A stretch of 64,000 bases of DNA from Alkalispirochaeta sp. (GTDB lineage Bacteria; Spirochaetota; Spirochaetia; DSM-27196; Alkalispirochaetaceae): the NCBI GenBank assembly GCA_965601925.1, contig OZ271854.1, positions 4,416,001 to 4,480,000 of the forward strand, written 5' to 3'. Position numbers and translations under genes: made by a program. Positions within the stretch are counted from its first letter, which is position 1. Every line of letters begins with the position of its first letter. Shown one piece after another: positions 19,545 through 30,816 of this stretch. The notes beneath the pieces were generated by a model, which saw nothing but the letters and a program-made list of their open reading frames with translations, was not told the origin of the DNA and searched no databases.

Positions 19545-22500
19545 TTACCGTCCCGGCTCGTAGGCCAGTACCGGTTGCAGCCAGCGCTCCGCCTGCTCGA
19601 CGCTCACTCCCTTACGCCGCGCCCAGTCCGCGATCTGATCCTTTTGCAGCTTTCCGACGCCGAAGTACTGGCTCTCGGGGTGCGAAAAGTAGTAGCCGCT
19701 GGTCGCCGCGGCGGGAAGCATCATGAAGCTTTCGGTCAGACTCATGCCGAGTTTGTCCGCTTCCAACATCTCGAAGAGCGCCACCTTGTCGTGGTGGTCG
19801 GGACACGGAGGATAGCCCGGTGCGGGACGTATCCCTTGGTAGCGAATCGCGAAGAGATCCGCCTTGCTCAGCCGCTCGTCGGGAGCGTAGGCCCACCAGT
19901 CGGTACGCACCTCCTCGTGGAGCCGCTCGGCGAAGGATTCCGCCAAGCGGTCGGCGAGAATCTTGGCCAGGATCTCATGGTAGTCGTCGCCGTCGCGCTT
20001 AAACTGCTCTACGTACCCCTCGAGCCCGAATCCGGCGTTGGTACAGAACCCGCCGATATAGTCTGCGACGCCCGAATCCTTCTCCGCCACAAAGTCGGAG
20101 AGTGAGAGATAGTAGTCGACTTTCTGTTTCTTCTTTTGCTGGCGCAGCGTGTGCCAGCGCCCGATGACGGACCCTCGCGACTCGTCGCCGTAGATCTCGA
20201 TCGTATCGTCGGGGGTCCTTGAAGCGGGATAGAGAAAGATTGCCGCTCGCGCCTCCAGCGCCTTGGAGTCGATCATATCGCGAAGCATCGCTTGAGCGTC
20301 GTCGTAGAGGCGCCGCGCCTCCTCGCCCACCTCGGGATCGTTGAAGATCGCCGGATACTTTCCGTGCATCTGCCAGGCGATGAAGAAGAAGGTCCAGTCG
20401 ATGTATTGAGCGAGAACATCGATCGGATATTCGCGAAAGTGCTTAATACCCACCAGTTTCGGTACCGGCGGCGGGGTCGAATAGTCCGGGCGGAAGCGAC
20501 GCTCCCGCGCATCTCGGATTGAGAGATACTCGCGGTCCCGCGTCTCCGCCAGGCGCTTCTGGCGCGTCTTCTCGTGGTCCGCCGCTACTTCGGCGGCGTA
20601 TGTCTTTCGCGTTTCATCGTTCAAGAGCTTCTTGACGACCCCGACGGCGAGGGATGCGTCTTTTACGTGCACCACCGGCTCGTGATACGCCGGGGCGATC
20701 TTGACGGCGGTGTGAATCTTGCTGGTGGTCGCGCCGCCGATGAGGAGCGGTAGCTCGAACCCCTGGCGCTCCATCTCGCCGGCGACGTCGACCATCTCGT
20801 CCAGACTCGGCGTGATGAGTCCCGACAATCCGATGATGTCGGCGTCGCGCTCCCGCGCCGTCTTGAGAATATCCTCCGCCGGCACCATGACGCCCATGTC
20901 GACGATCTCGTAGTTGTTGCTCGCAAGCACCACGCCGACGATGTTTTTGCCGATATCGTGGACGTCGCCCTTAACCGTAGCGAGGAGAATCGTGCCCTTG
21001 GTGGAGCTGCCGCCGCCGGTCTTCTCGCGCTCGATATACGGCGTGAGATAGGCGACCGCCTTCTTCATGACCCGGGCGCTCTTAACCACCTGGGGCAAAA
21101 ACATCTTGCCGGAGCCGAACAGCTCCCCGACGATGTTCATACCGTCCATGAGGGGTCCTTCGATCACGTTGAGCGCCAGAGGAAGTTTCTGCCGCGCCTC
21201 CTCCACGTCCTCGTCGATGAACGTCGTGATGCCCTTGATGAGAGAGTGCGAGAGACGCCCCTCTACCGGTTGCTCGCGCCAGCTGAGGTCCTCCTCCTGA
21301 GACGACCCGCGCCCGGCGTAGCGTTCGGCGATCTCCAGGAGTCGTTCGGTCGCCTCCGCCGATCGATTGAGGACCAGATCCTCCACCACGGTGCGCAGCT
21401 CGTCGGGGATCTCGTCGTAGACGGCGAGCTGCCCGGCGTTGACGATGCCCATACTCATACCGGCCCCGACGGCGTAGTAGAGAAAGACGGAGTGAATCGC
21501 CTCGCGAACGCGGTCCATACCGCGAAAGGAGAAGCTCACATTGCTCACTCCGCCGGAGATCTTGGCGTAGGGAAGGTTCTCTCGAATCCAGCGCGTCGCA
21601 TCGATGAAGTCCACCGCGTAGTTGTGGTGCTCCTCGATGCCCGTTCCGATGGCGAAGATATTGGGATCGAAGATGATGTCCTCCGGCGGAAAGTTCAGCT
21701 TCTCGGTGAGCAGTTCGTAACTCCGCCGGCAGATGGTAATCTTGCGCTCCACGCTGTCGGCCTGCCCCGTCTCGTCGAAGGCCATGATAATCGCCGCCGC
21801 ACCGTAGTCGCGGATCGTGCGGGCGTGGGCGAGAAACTCCTCTTCGCCCTCCTTGAGAGAGATCGAGTTCACGACCGCCTTTCCCTGCACGCACTTGAGC
21901 CCCGCCTCGATCACCGAGAACTTACTGGAGTCGACCATGACCGGCACCCGGCTGATGTCGGGCTCGGCGGCCAAGAGGTTGAGGAACCGCTCCATCTCGG
22001 CGGCCGAGTCGAGCATCGCCTCGTCCATGTTGATATCGATGATCTGGGCGCCGTTCTCCACCTGGTGGAGCGCCACCTCCAGCGCCTCCTCGTGGTTACC
22101 CTCTTTGATGAGGCGGGCGAAGGCGCGACTCCCGGTGACGTTTGTCCGCTCTCCTACGTTGACGAACCCCGTGTGCGACGCGACCTCCAACGGTTCGAGT
22201 CCCGAGAGGCGCATGGTGTGTGGATCGTCGGGAACACTCCGCGGGGCGTGGGGCAGACACGCGGCGATAATCTCTTTCAAGTGTTCTTTCGTCGTTCCAC
22301 AGCAACCGCCCACGACGTTGACCAGCCCGTCGCGTGCCATTCCCCCGAGGACCTCGGCCATGTGCTCCGGGGTGTCGTCGTACTCGCCGAACTCGTTCGG
22401 AAGGCCCGCGTTGGGATGCACGCTCACCGGGCTGTGGGCAACCTGCCCCAGCTCCTTCACATAGCGGCGGAGCTGATCTGCCCCCAAAGCGCAGTTGAGC

Positions 22501-23243
22501 CCCACTGAAAAGGGCTCGGAGTGGCGTACCGAGTAGTAGAACGCGTCGGTCGTTTGTCCCGAGAGGGTGCGTCCGCTTTGGTCGGTGATGGTACCGGAGA
22601 TCATGATCGGAATCTCGACTCCCATCTCCCGGGCCAGACGGCGAATCGCGAGGATTGCCACCTTGGCGTTGAGGGTGTCGAAGATCGTCTCGATCATGAG
22701 AAAGTCGGCGCCGCCGTCCACGAGCCCATGGGCGGCGTTCCGATAATCGGCGGCCAGATGGTCGAAGGTGACGGCGCGATATCCCGGGTCGTTGACGTCC
22801 GGCGAGAGGGAGAGAGTCTTGTTCGTCGGTCCGAGAATGCCGGCGACAAAGCGCGGCTTCTCAGGCGTAGTATCGGTGAACTCATCCGCTACCCGACGCG
22901 CCAAGTGCGCCGCTTCACGATTGAGCTCGTAGACGAACTCCGGCGCCTCGAGCCCATAGTCGAGTTGCGAGGTCGACGTCGCGTTGAAGGTGTTGGTCTC
23001 GAGAATGTCGGCTCCGACATCCAGAAAGCCGCGATGAATCTCCTCAATCACGTCGGGTCGCGTCAGGGTAAGGAGATCGTTGTCGCCCTTGAGCGGCTTT
23101 GGATGGTCGGCGAAACGGGAACCGCGAAAATCGTCCTCTCCGAGACGATAACTTTGAATATATGTACCCATCGCCCCGTCAAGAAAGACGATGCGTTCGC
23201 GCATTTCGGTTTTGAGCGCTGTCAGGCGTTGCTGCCGTTTCAT
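19545..23243 (-). CDS. metH: Cobalamin-dependent methionine synthase
   Basis: [32 protein letters not shown] cobalamin motif, RPAPGYP activation domain. Confidence 0.98.
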   Translation of the reverse strand: MKRQQRLTALKTEMRERIVFLDGAMGTYIQSYRLGEDDFRGSRFADHPKPLKGDNDLLTLTRPDVIEEIHRGFLDVGADILETNTFNATSTSQLDYGLEAPEFVYELNREAAHLARRVADEFTDTTPEKPRFVAGILGPTNKTLSLSPDVNDPGYRAVTFDHLAADYRNAAHGLVDGGADFLMIETIFDTLNAKVAILAIRRLAREMGVEIPIMISGTITDQSGRTLSGQTTDAFYYSVRHSEPFSVGLNCALGADQLRRYVKELGQVAHSPVSVHPNAGLPNEFGEYDDTPEHMAEVLGGMARDGLVNVVGGCCGTTKEHLKEIIAACLPHAPRSVPDDPHTMRLSGLEPLEVASHTGFVNVGERTNVTGSRAFARLIKEGNHEEALEVALHQVENGAQIIDINMDEAMLDSAAEMERFLNLLAAEPDISRVPVMVDSSKFSVIEAGLKCVQGKAVVNSISLKEGEEEFLAHARTIRDYGAAAIIMAFDETGQADSVERKITICRRSYELLTEKLNFPPEDIIFDPNIFAIGTGIEEHHNYAVDFIDATRWIRENLPYAKISGGVSNVSFSFRGMDRVREAIHSVFLYYAVGAGMSMGIVNAGQLAVYDEIPDELRTVVEDLVLNRSAEATERLLEIAERYAGRGSSQEEDLSWREQPVEGRLSHSLIKGITTFIDEDVEEARQKLPLALNVIEGPLMDGMNIVGELFGSGKMFLPQVVKSARVMKKAVAYLTPYIEREKTGGGSSTKGTILLATVKGDVHDIGKNIVGVVLASNNYEIVDMGVMVPAEDILKTARERDADIIGLSGLITPSLDEMVDVAGEMERQGFELPLLIGGATTSKIHTAVKIAPAYHEPVVHVKDASLAVGVVKKLLNDETRKTYAAEVAADHEKTRQKRLAETRDREYLSIRDARERRFRPDYSTPPPVPKLVGIKHFREYPIDVLAQYIDWTFFFIAWQMHGKYPAIFNDPEVGEEARRLYDDAQAMLRDMIDSKALEARAAIFLYPASRTPDDTIEIYGDESRGSVIGRWHTLRQQKKKQKVDYYLSLSDFVAEKDSGVADYIGGFCTNAGFGLEGYVEQFKRDGDDYHEILAKILADRLAESFAERLHEEVRTDWWAYAPDERLSKADLFAIRYQGIRPAPGYPPCPDHHDKVALFEMLEADKLGMSLTESFMMLPAAATSGYYFSHPESQYFGVGKLQKDQIADWARRKGVSVEQAERWLQPVLAYEPGR

Positions 23244-23392
23244 CGTATAAGCTCCTTTTTCGGCGACCGACTCCGAGCTCAACGGCCGCCGACCGCTACT
23301 ATCCCACAATTATACGCATCTTTCCACCGAACCCGGACGACACGACGGCCCGTGGGTTCGACCTTCGCATCGCCGTTTGGTACAATCGGGGA

Positions 23393-24580
23393 ATGACGGA
23401 GCCGCTCTACTATGAAGATAGTCTCCGCACGGACTTTACCGCCACCGTGCGGCATATCTCCGAGGACCGCCGACGCATCACACTCAGCAGCACCCTCTTT
23501 TACCCCGAGGGAGGCGGTCAACCGGCAGATCGTGGGACGCTTTCCGGCTCGTCCGTTGCGGACGTCCAAAAAGGGGATACCGGTGCGATCGTGCACTATC
23601 TATCCGACACGCTCGACGAGGCTATCGTTCCCGGCGATACGGTCTCCGGCGCGATCGATCGGTCCCACCGTTGGGAGTATATGCAACAGCACACGGGACA
23701 GCACGTTCTCTCAGCGGCCCTAATGCACGTCGCCCGCGCGTCGACGGTCAGTGTTCACCAGGGACTTGAGGTGACGACCATCGAGGTCGACAGGGAGTCG
23801 CTCTCCGACGACGAGATACACACAGTGGAGGATCGTGCAAACGGTGCGATTCGCGACGACCTTGGGGTGCGCGCCTTTTGGACGACCGACGGCGAGCTCT
23901 CCTCATACGCCCTGCGCCGGCCGACGACGCGGCGGGGCAAGATCCGTTTGGTTGAGATCGACGACTACGACCTGGTGGCGTGCGGCGGGGTTCATCTCCC
24001 GCGGACCGGGATGCTCAACCTCGTACATACCGCCGGGGTCGAACGCATCCGCGGTCGCCTGCGCCTCTCGTTCAAGATCGGCGATCGCGCCCTCGCGGAC
24101 TACCGGACAAAGGACCGGACGGTCGGGGAGATCGCGCGCTACTTTTCAGCGCACGCCGATCAGGCGTCCGAACGGGTGCAGCAGCTGGGGCGGGAGGTGC
24201 AAGACCTCCATAGAACGCGAAGGCTCCAAGCTGAACGCATCGCCGCTCTCATGCTCTCGCAGGAGCGCGCGGAGGGACGCGCACACGCGCTCTTACTCGA
24301 GGACGAAGACGACGAGGTATTTCGCGCTTTGGCCGAGGGGGCGACCGCCGATCAGAGCCGCCGCCTGTGTATCGTGAACGTGACTCCCAAGGGCGTATAC
24401 TGGGCGGTCGTAATCGGCGCCGACCACCCCTTCCCGGCCGAGGAACTCCGCGCGCGACTTCTGGGCGTACATGGCGCCAAGGGCGGAGGCAAGCCGCCGC
24501 TATGGCGTGGACTCATCCCGACCGGCGATCGCGCCGTTGCCGAGGCGTTTACCCGCTCCTTTCAAGAGATCGTACAATGA
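23393..24580 (+). CDS. Free-standing alanyl-tRNA editing protein (AlaX-L type, C-terminal DHHA1-like)
   Basis: FYPEGGGQPADRG, QQHTGQH, CGGVH, KGGGK. Confidence 0.9.
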   Translation: MTEPLYYEDSLRTDFTATVRHISEDRRRITLSSTLFYPEGGGQPADRGTLSGSSVADVQKGDTGAIVHYLSDTLDEAIVPGDTVSGAIDRSHRWEYMQQHTGQHVLSAALMHVARASTVSVHQGLEVTTIEVDRESLSDDEIHTVEDRANGAIRDDLGVRAFWTTDGELSSYALRRPTTRRGKIRLVEIDDYDLVACGGVHLPRTGMLNLVHTAGVERIRGRLRLSFKIGDRALADYRTKDRTVGEIARYFSAHADQASERVQQLGREVQDLHRTRRLQAERIAALMLSQERAEGRAHALLLEDEDDEVFRALAEGATADQSRRLCIVNVTPKGVYWAVVIGADHPFPAEELRARLLGVHGAKGGGKPPLWRGLIPTGDRAVAEAFTRSFQEIVQ

Positions 24581-24785
24581 GCGTGGGAATCGTGAATCGA
24601 GGACCGTGGCACCACGCGCTTCCGTTCACGCTCGCACTTCGCCGAGCCGTCGTGGGGAGTAGCACGGTCGAGTAGATCTTACGCAACTCCCGCGCGACGC
24701 CGGCACGCGCGACTGCGAAACGACCGGCCGTCCGGTACGATACGGCCAATGGATGCAGCCGGAAGGGGCCGCGAGCCGACGAGCA

Positions 24786-25799
24786 TCACCGCCCGTAGCC
24801 CGTGGCGGAGGTGATACAGTTGGCACAGCCGGTCTCTGAGCTCCACGCCTTGATATTCTCGAACGTAGTTCGACTGATGTTTTCTACCGCCTCACGGGTA
24901 AAGAACGCCTGATGAGCGGTTATAAGCACGTTTGGAAAGGTAAGGAGACGCACAAAGGTATCGTCCTGAATGACCTGATCCGACAGATCCTCGAAGAAGA
25001 GATCCGCCTCCTCCTCGTACACGTCCAAGCCGACCGCACCGATTTTTCCGCTCTTGAGCCCCTCGATGACCGCGACGCTGTCGATTAATGCGCCGCGACT
25101 CGTGTTCACGATCGTTACGCCGGGCCTCATCGACGCGATGGCGTACTCGTTAATGAGGTGGTAGGTCTCGTGGTTGAGCGGACAGTGGAGAGAGATCACA
25201 TCGCTCTCGCCGTAGAGTTGTTCCAGGCCGACGTAGGTCACGCCGAGTCCCGAGACCTCATCGCGCGGATATCGGTCGTAGGCGAGTACTCGCGTACCGA
25301 ACCCCTTCATGATCCCGGCGAATATCTCTCCGATCTTACCGGTACCGATCACTCCTACCGTTTTACCGTAGAGATCGAATCCCAATAGTCCGTCGAGGGC
25401 GAAGTTACCCTCTCGCACACGGTTGTATGCGCGGTGGAGTCGCCGGTTGAGGCCCAAGAGTAACGCGATGGCGTGCTCCGCAACGGCGTGAGGCGAGTAC
25501 GCCGGCACCCTCGCGACGGTGATCCCGAACTCCTCGGCGGCTGCGAGATCGACGTTGTTGAACCCGGCGCACCGTAGTGCCACCATCTTTACCTCGACTC
25601 GCGCCAGCTCCTGCAACGCCGGCCGGTCGGCGGTATCGTTGACGAATATACACACCGCATCCGCGCCCTCGGCCAACGGCGCGGTGTCGCGATTGAGGAG
25701 TGCCTCCAGATAACGAATCTCAAAACCGAAGTCCTCGTTGGTAGGCTCGAAAAAGCGCCGCACCCAATCCTTGGTGCTGAATACTGTCATTTTCACCAT
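24786..25799 (-). CDS. ldhA: NAD-dependent D-lactate / 2-hydroxyacid dehydrogenase
   Basis: LRCAGFNNVD, VPAYSP, GTGKIG, NTSRG, DVYEEE, TAHQAFFT. Confidence 0.92.
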   Translation of the reverse strand: MVKMTVFSTKDWVRRFFEPTNEDFGFEIRYLEALLNRDTAPLAEGADAVCIFVNDTADRPALQELARVEVKMVALRCAGFNNVDLAAAEEFGITVARVPAYSPHAVAEHAIALLLGLNRRLHRAYNRVREGNFALDGLLGFDLYGKTVGVIGTGKIGEIFAGIMKGFGTRVLAYDRYPRDEVSGLGVTYVGLEQLYGESDVISLHCPLNHETYHLINEYAIASMRPGVTIVNTSRGALIDSVAVIEGLKSGKIGAVGLDVYEEEADLFFEDLSDQVIQDDTFVRLLTFPNVLITAHQAFFTREAVENISRTTFENIKAWSSETGCANCITSATGYGR

Positions 25800-25989
25800 T
25801 TCACTATGCACCTCCGCAAGGGCGAAGTCAACGAAACGATCGACGCACAAGAAAAAGGCACCACCGCCCGAACCCATGTTCATTGGGCACTACTTGTTCA
25901 CCGCTCCCTCATTGTTTGCATCGTTGCCCTCACTCCGTGATCGGACTTCATACGGGCACGGTTACCGATACTCCGGTTCCATTCGATGT

Positions 25990-27669
25990 ATGGACGAGAT
26001 CCTGCAGTGCGCCAACGAGCGCTTCGGCATCGACTATCTCTTTCCCTACCAGCGTTTGGTGATCACAAACATCCTGGAGGCGCTTCGCAGCACGGACGAA
26101 GACGCCGCGATGTGGGGACGACAGATCGTCGTCTTACCGACCGGCGCCGGAAAGAGCCTCTGTTTTCAACTCCCGGTCGCACTCGTGAGGCGTGCGACGC
26201 TCATTGTATACCCGCTCCTTAGCCTCATGAACGACCAAGAGCGTCGGATGCGCGCCGCCGGGTTCTCAGTCGTTCAACTCCGCGGAGGACAGGAGCGTAG
26301 TAAGCGTCGACGAATACTTACGGAGATCGCCGACGGTGCGGTCGACTTCGTGCTGACCAATCCGGAAACGCTCGCCTCCGACGCGCTGGCGACCGGTCTC
26401 AGACGCTTGAAGATCGTCCACGCCGTAGTAGATGAGGCGCATTGCATCAGCGAGTGGGGTGATTCCTTCCGCCCGGCCTATACGACGATCGGCTCGTCCC
26501 TCGACAAAATCGGGATTAGACTTCGCACCGCCTTCACGGCGACCGCCTCGGACCACATAGTTAATCGAATCAGAGCATCGTTGTTCGGTGAGGAGGGGGC
26601 GCACGTGGTGCGGGCCAACCCCGATCGCCCCAATATCACCTACAGCGTCGTACCGACGCTGTCTCTCCCCCGAGCGCTCACCCATATGGTCTCTTGCGAA
26701 GCATGCCGTAACGATCACAGTGAACAGCGCGACGCATCCGAAGCGCGCCACCCGGTCGTACATTTTCCCGTGTGGTCACCCGGGACCCCTCTGCCGCGTC
26801 CGGCGGTCATTTTTTGCCGCTCTCGCAACGCTGCCGAGGCGATCGCCGCCCTACTCCGACCCCATGTGCCTGAAGGACGTGCAATGCACTACCACGCGGG
26901 ACTCTCGCGCGGAGAAAAACGGGATACCGAGCAGCGTTTCTTCGAGAGTCGCGACGGCGTGCTGGCTGCGACATGCGCGTACGGCATGGGTGTGGACAAA
27001 GGTAACATCCGCTCGGTGGTGCACACCTATCTGCCCGAGACCGTCGAGGCGTTTCTCCAAGAGAGCGGCCGCGGCGGGAGAGACCGAGATCCCGCAGTTT
27101 CCATCGTGCTCCTGCCTCCGGAGGAGCAGCTACGGTATGTCGCCGACCGAGCGGGCGGACGCGTGCGTCCGGTCCAGGAGATGGCGATGGGACGTGGGTG
27201 TAGACGCGCGACGCTGCTCGGTTATCTCGGTGTCGAGGAGTCGCCGTGCACCGGGTGCGATCGGTGCGTCGCGGAACACGCAGAACTGCCGACGTCGAGG
27301 ACGGCACAAGCGCTCTTGTACGCAATCGGATCGACGCCGCTCCCTCTCACCGGGAGGGCGTGGACGCGCATACTCCGAGGCCGTCTCTCGCACAGCGATC
27401 GCTTGCGAGGACTCTCTTCAGTACCCGGAGGCGGTCTCCTGTCGCGATGGAGCATTACCGATGTCGAGCGTGCGCTGCAATCATTAGTCGAGTTGGAGCT
27501 TCTGCACGTCACCGGTCGCGGCACGCTTACCCTTCGGCGTCGACGGGGACCAGACAGAACGGATCACCCCCTACCATTCCGGCTATCTCAAAAAGTGCTC
27601 GATTCATCGCCTCGCCGGATCGTACGAAGGTGGTGGGATGGTCTTGCAAAAAGCGATCGATCTCATTGA
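25990..27669 (+). CDS. RecQ family DNA helicase without HRDC domain
   Basis: PTGAGKS, DEAHCISEWG, TATA, YHAG, GMGVDK, QESGRGGRD, CRR...CTGCDRC zinc module. Confidence 0.9.
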   Translation: MDEILQCANERFGIDYLFPYQRLVITNILEALRSTDEDAAMWGRQIVVLPTGAGKSLCFQLPVALVRRATLIVYPLLSLMNDQERRMRAAGFSVVQLRGGQERSKRRRILTEIADGAVDFVLTNPETLASDALATGLRRLKIVHAVVDEAHCISEWGDSFRPAYTTIGSSLDKIGIRLRTAFTATASDHIVNRIRASLFGEEGAHVVRANPDRPNITYSVVPTLSLPRALTHMVSCEACRNDHSEQRDASEARHPVVHFPVWSPGTPLPRPAVIFCRSRNAAEAIAALLRPHVPEGRAMHYHAGLSRGEKRDTEQRFFESRDGVLAATCAYGMGVDKGNIRSVVHTYLPETVEAFLQESGRGGRDRDPAVSIVLLPPEEQLRYVADRAGGRVRPVQEMAMGRGCRRATLLGYLGVEESPCTGCDRCVAEHAELPTSRTAQALLYAIGSTPLPLTGRAWTRILRGRLSHSDRLRGLSSVPGGGLLSRWSITDVERALQSLVELELLHVTGRGTLTLRRRRGPDRTDHPLPFRLSQKVLDSSPRRIVRRWWDGLAKSDRSH

Positions 27670-29311
27670 TCCGCGTCGGCTGGTTACGTCGCAATCGATC
27701 CGCAATCCTCGTGCGGAAGTACCATCGGACCGCAGTCTGACGTTGTTGGAGCAAATACGCCTGAAACTCATTTACCATCAAGTACCGATCATCGGGGGAG
27801 TACGTCATCCAGGAGAGAAAGTCCATCCAGTACGCACGTTCTCTGGGCGATAGCTCATCGTCCCAATAGCCGAACGCCGCATCGCGAAAGGCCGGCTCCT
27901 CGTAGAACACGCCGTGTATCGCCTCGTGGACCAATAGGAGACGGCGCAACTCGAGGTAGCTCTCTTGACTGATCGCAAGAACGCCGCCGATTCCCGGCAG
28001 CACCCGGTCGCCCTCTCCTGCGACGAGAACGCCTCGCTCGAGAGCGATGGCCCGCAGTTCTCTCTCCAGCTCGTTGATCGGAAATTCCGTCTCCGCCACG
28101 GCATTAAAAAAATCGGCCAACCCCTCGGGGCGATAATTGTGGGCGTTCCATCCGTGGCGGTTTGCGAGCTCTTCGTCCGAGAGAAGGCGTCCCTGGAAAC
28201 CTCGTTTCTCCACGAAAAAGGCGAGGCGTCGAAACATCCGCGCCTGCGTCGCGTAGTCTCGACTATCTATCCACAGAAGATCGGGATACAGAGACCACGA
28301 GAAGAGCTCGAATTCGGGATTTCTCCACTCGGAGGCGGGATACATCAGCAACTCAGACATTTCAACGGGAATGGGCGTGCTGCGGTTCTCATCGACGCGC
28401 ACACCGTGCAGTCCTTCCACGAAAAAGCCGGGCTCGGGCGTGAAAATGCGCACCTGATCGGCGGCAACTCCCCACAGGTGAGGGCGCACGACAATATCGT
28501 GTCGCCCCGGACGCACACGCAAAGAGAGCGCCTCGCTACGCCCCGACTCATCGGTGAACTCGATGATCGCTTGTATTGGATCGGTGTAGTCGACAAAGGC
28601 GGCCGGATCCTGGCGATAGCCGATGACCAACGCGTCGGTCCGACGGGGCACGAGAGCCGCAACGTCGAAAAAATGCCACTCTCCTTCGCCTCGCGCCACC
28701 GGCACGCGACTATCGATGACGAAACGCTCGTTGCTTTCGGCTGCGAGGGACAACCGTGGTGATTCGGCGGTGGTCGCAAACGCAATACCGTCTACCGCAA
28801 AACGGCGTCCGACGCCCGCGGCAAGAGAGATTTCTACATCGGCAAGGTCGGAGAGAAGCAACGGCGAGTCACCGTCGCTCACGTCTATACGCAACGAATA
28901 GCGCCCCGGACCGCCGGAGACCGCGCGATAGAACGACGACACGTCGATGCGGTCGATAACCTCGCCATGGGCTAACTCAATACTGGCTCCTTGAGGATCG
29001 CCGGAAACGTCGAGGACGATCGCGCTCATTGTCGAGGGCGTCCCGTCATCGATCTCATCGCCGTTTTCCGGTCCCCGCACCCGGAAACGATGTCGTCCAT
29101 GCGCCGATTCTACGATGACCCCTTCTTCTTCGGTCGAGCGTCGCCCCACGTTCTCGAGACGGAGCGGTACCACCGCATCATCGTGGCGGATCACCGCCCG
29201 AAACGTATCTACATTACGATTACAGCCGACGAGAACCACCGAGAGGACGATCGCCGCAATCGCGGCCCCGTGTCGCGCGCCCGAGTGTCTTCGTATGTGT
29301 GTTTTGTTCAA
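27527..29311 (-). CDS. Hypothetical lipoprotein with C-terminal HExxH domain
   Basis: Basic N-terminus, hydrophobic stretch, VLVGC lipobox; LLVHEAIHG and downstream VNEFQAY. Confidence 0.75.
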   Translation of the reverse strand: MNKTHIRRHSGARHGAAIAAIVLSVVLVGCNRNVDTFRAVIRHDDAVVPLRLENVGRRSTEEEGVIVESAHGRHRFRVRGPENGDEIDDGTPSTMSAIVLDVSGDPQGASIELAHGEVIDRIDVSSFYRAVSGGPGRYSLRIDVSDGDSPLLLSDLADVEISLAAGVGRRFAVDGIAFATTAESPRLSLAAESNERFVIDSRVPVARGEGEWHFFDVAALVPRRTDALVIGYRQDPAAFVDYTDPIQAIIEFTDESGRSEALSLRVRPGRHDIVVRPHLWGVAADQVRIFTPEPGFFVEGLHGVRVDENRSTPIPVEMSELLMYPASEWRNPEFELFSWSLYPDLLWIDSRDYATQARMFRRLAFFVEKRGFQGRLLSDEELANRHGWNAHNYRPEGLADFFNAVAETEFPINELERELRAIALERGVLVAGEGDRVLPGIGGVLAISQESYLELRRLLLVHEAIHGVFYEEPAFRDAAFGYWDDELSPRERAYWMDFLSWMTYSPDDRYLMVNEFQAYLLQQRQTAVRWYFRTRIADRLRRNQPTRINEIDRFLQDHPTTFVRSGEAMNRALFEIAGMVGGDPFCLVPVDAEG

Positions 29312-30075
29312 CTCATCCTCAGGAGACTCTTTGCCACAAGTTGCGCAATCTCACCTTTGCGAGTGCTACTGACCGCCTCGTCGTGGCGCATAAGGTGCTC
29401 GAACCGACTGTCGAACTCTTCGGGGAGAATCGGAAGCGACTGAAGCTCCTGGTGCAGGATGCGACCGGCGGGCTCAAACCGACGGTTAATCGCGAACAGC
29501 AAACCGCCGACCGTCTCGAGGAACCGAGCCAACGACAGCTGATAGAAGAGTTTTTCGACCGTGTAGGCCGCGCTGGTGAGATCGGAGAGGGCGTGCTCCA
29601 TATGGGCGCGAAGAATGCGCACCCTTCGAGACCAGAACTCATCGGGAAGATCAGCCAACGTTCGTTTTGCCACCGGCAGCCAGTTGCTGCGATGCATGAC
29701 GATCTCCGAAGACAGGAGACGGTAGAATCCGTAGGTCGACCCGACCGGTTCTCCGCGATCGGGAATGCGCGCTTTGGCAATTAAAAAATCGACATCGCTT
29801 ATCGCCTTGTATTCAACGCGTATCGGAATGTCTTCCAAAAGAAATCGGTCCTTCTGCCCGTCTATCGTCGCCTCGAATGCCGCGGCGAATGTAAACGCAC
29901 GCTCCCGTTCCTCCGGCGCCGGCACACTCCCGTGGTAATACACGTCATAACTGATAAAAAAGCTCGGATCGAAACGATCGCTCCCGAATCGCAACGCCGT
30001 TACGGTGTCGACCGTATCCCACGTCTCCAGGACTGAGATGACCGACCCGTTTGCACGTTGAAGAATTGCATCCAT
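29308..30075 (-). CDS. DUF4037-like nucleotidyltransferase-fold protein
   Basis: FDPSFFISYDVYY, KDRFLL..IPIRVEYK, LLFAINRRFEP; ATGA overlap with the next gene. Confidence 0.65.
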   Translation of the reverse strand: MDAILQRANGSVISVLETWDTVDTVTALRFGSDRFDPSFFISYDVYYHGSVPAPEERERAFTFAAAFEATIDGQKDRFLLEDIPIRVEYKAISDVDFLIAKARIPDRGEPVGSTYGFYRLLSSEIVMHRSNWLPVAKRTLADLPDEFWSRRVRILRAHMEHALSDLTSAAYTVEKLFYQLSLARFLETVGGLLFAINRRFEPAGRILHQELQSLPILPEEFDSRFEHLMRHDEAVSSTRKGEIAQLVAKSLLRMS

Positions 30076-30105
30076 ACCGACGATACTCTACCATGCTCTC
30101 GATAC

Positions 30106-30633
30106 ATGGTCACCTATCTTGCGGCGCTCCGTTTCGCCGCTAACGTCGAGCATCTACTACGGGCGCTCCAGAACACGCTTTTTTCCGAACAGCGGTATGT
30201 TAGCGCATTGGCGCTTCCCCCGCTCATTCCCCTTGTGTGGATGGCCGATCGACCGACGGACCACACGCTCGATCGAATACGCAAGACTCACTATGTGCGA
30301 CTCACACCCCAAGGAGGATCGGTAGGCGGACCGGTTCCGTGTCTCATCCGTATCGAAGCGCGCGCACCGATCGACTCCTTGGCGAAGTCTCTCTCCGAAA
30401 CGGGCACGTCCATAGCGGGGGGGAAAGCGTCCATACGTCTCGCCTGGGAGCACGATGAACAGAGCGATAGTCCCATTCCTCTTCCCGGGACGTCGGCACT
30501 TTGGTTAAGTATCGTGCAGGTACACGTATCCGGTGAAGCCGATACGTGTCGGCCCGTGGGTAATTGGTGGGACGGTCTACGGTGGGTGGAGGAGTATCGC
30601 CGGCGCCTTACCGTTCGCGAAGGCCGTCCGTAG
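30106..30633 (+). CDS. Hypothetical protein, possibly degenerate 2H phosphoesterase fold
   Basis: Fills the gap divergent from the DUF4037-like gene; ALPPLIPL and ASIRLA resemble degenerate PHxTL motifs. Confidence 0.5.
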   Translation: MVTYLAALRFAANVEHLLRALQNTLFSEQRYVSALALPPLIPLVWMADRPTDHTLDRIRKTHYVRLTPQGGSVGGPVPCLIRIEARAPIDSLAKSLSETGTSIAGGKASIRLAWEHDEQSDSPIPLPGTSALWLSIVQVHVSGEADTCRPVGNWWDGLRWVEEYRRRLTVREGRP

Positions 30634-30811
30634 CGGCGCTCCCCGCGGGGCGGTGGAGCAAAAGTCTGAGCTCTCGCATCGCCGTCGCCACCCCCGATTC
30701 GGCGTCCGCGGCGGTACCCGCAATCTCGCGTAGACGCCGGGGGAGCGAACGGTGAAACTCGTCGGTCAGTCTTTCCAAACGTTCGTCGAACGTCAAATCG
30801 GCTCTCTCCAT
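30608..30811 (-). CDS. Small helical hypothetical protein (67 aa) after queG
   Basis: ATG 5 nt after the queG stop; amphipathic helix pattern; overlaps the convergent ORF by 26 bp. Confidence 0.4.
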   Translation of the reverse strand: MERADLTFDERLERLTDEFHRSLPRRLREIAGTAADAESGVATAMRELRLLLHRPAGSAATDGLRER

Positions 30812-30816
30812 ACTCG

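Noticed and set aside
20958..22508. Long antisense ORFs (516 aa opposite metH; also 3485-4615, 9554-10732, 18726-20105, 40659-41606)
   Set aside because: They shadow well-supported genes on the other strand, as expected from GC-rich codon bias, and show no family motifs.
23244..23392. SAM or cobalamin riboswitch upstream of metH
   Set aside because: The 149-bp gap is shared with the divergent AlaX promoter and shows no recognisable S-box or B12-box.
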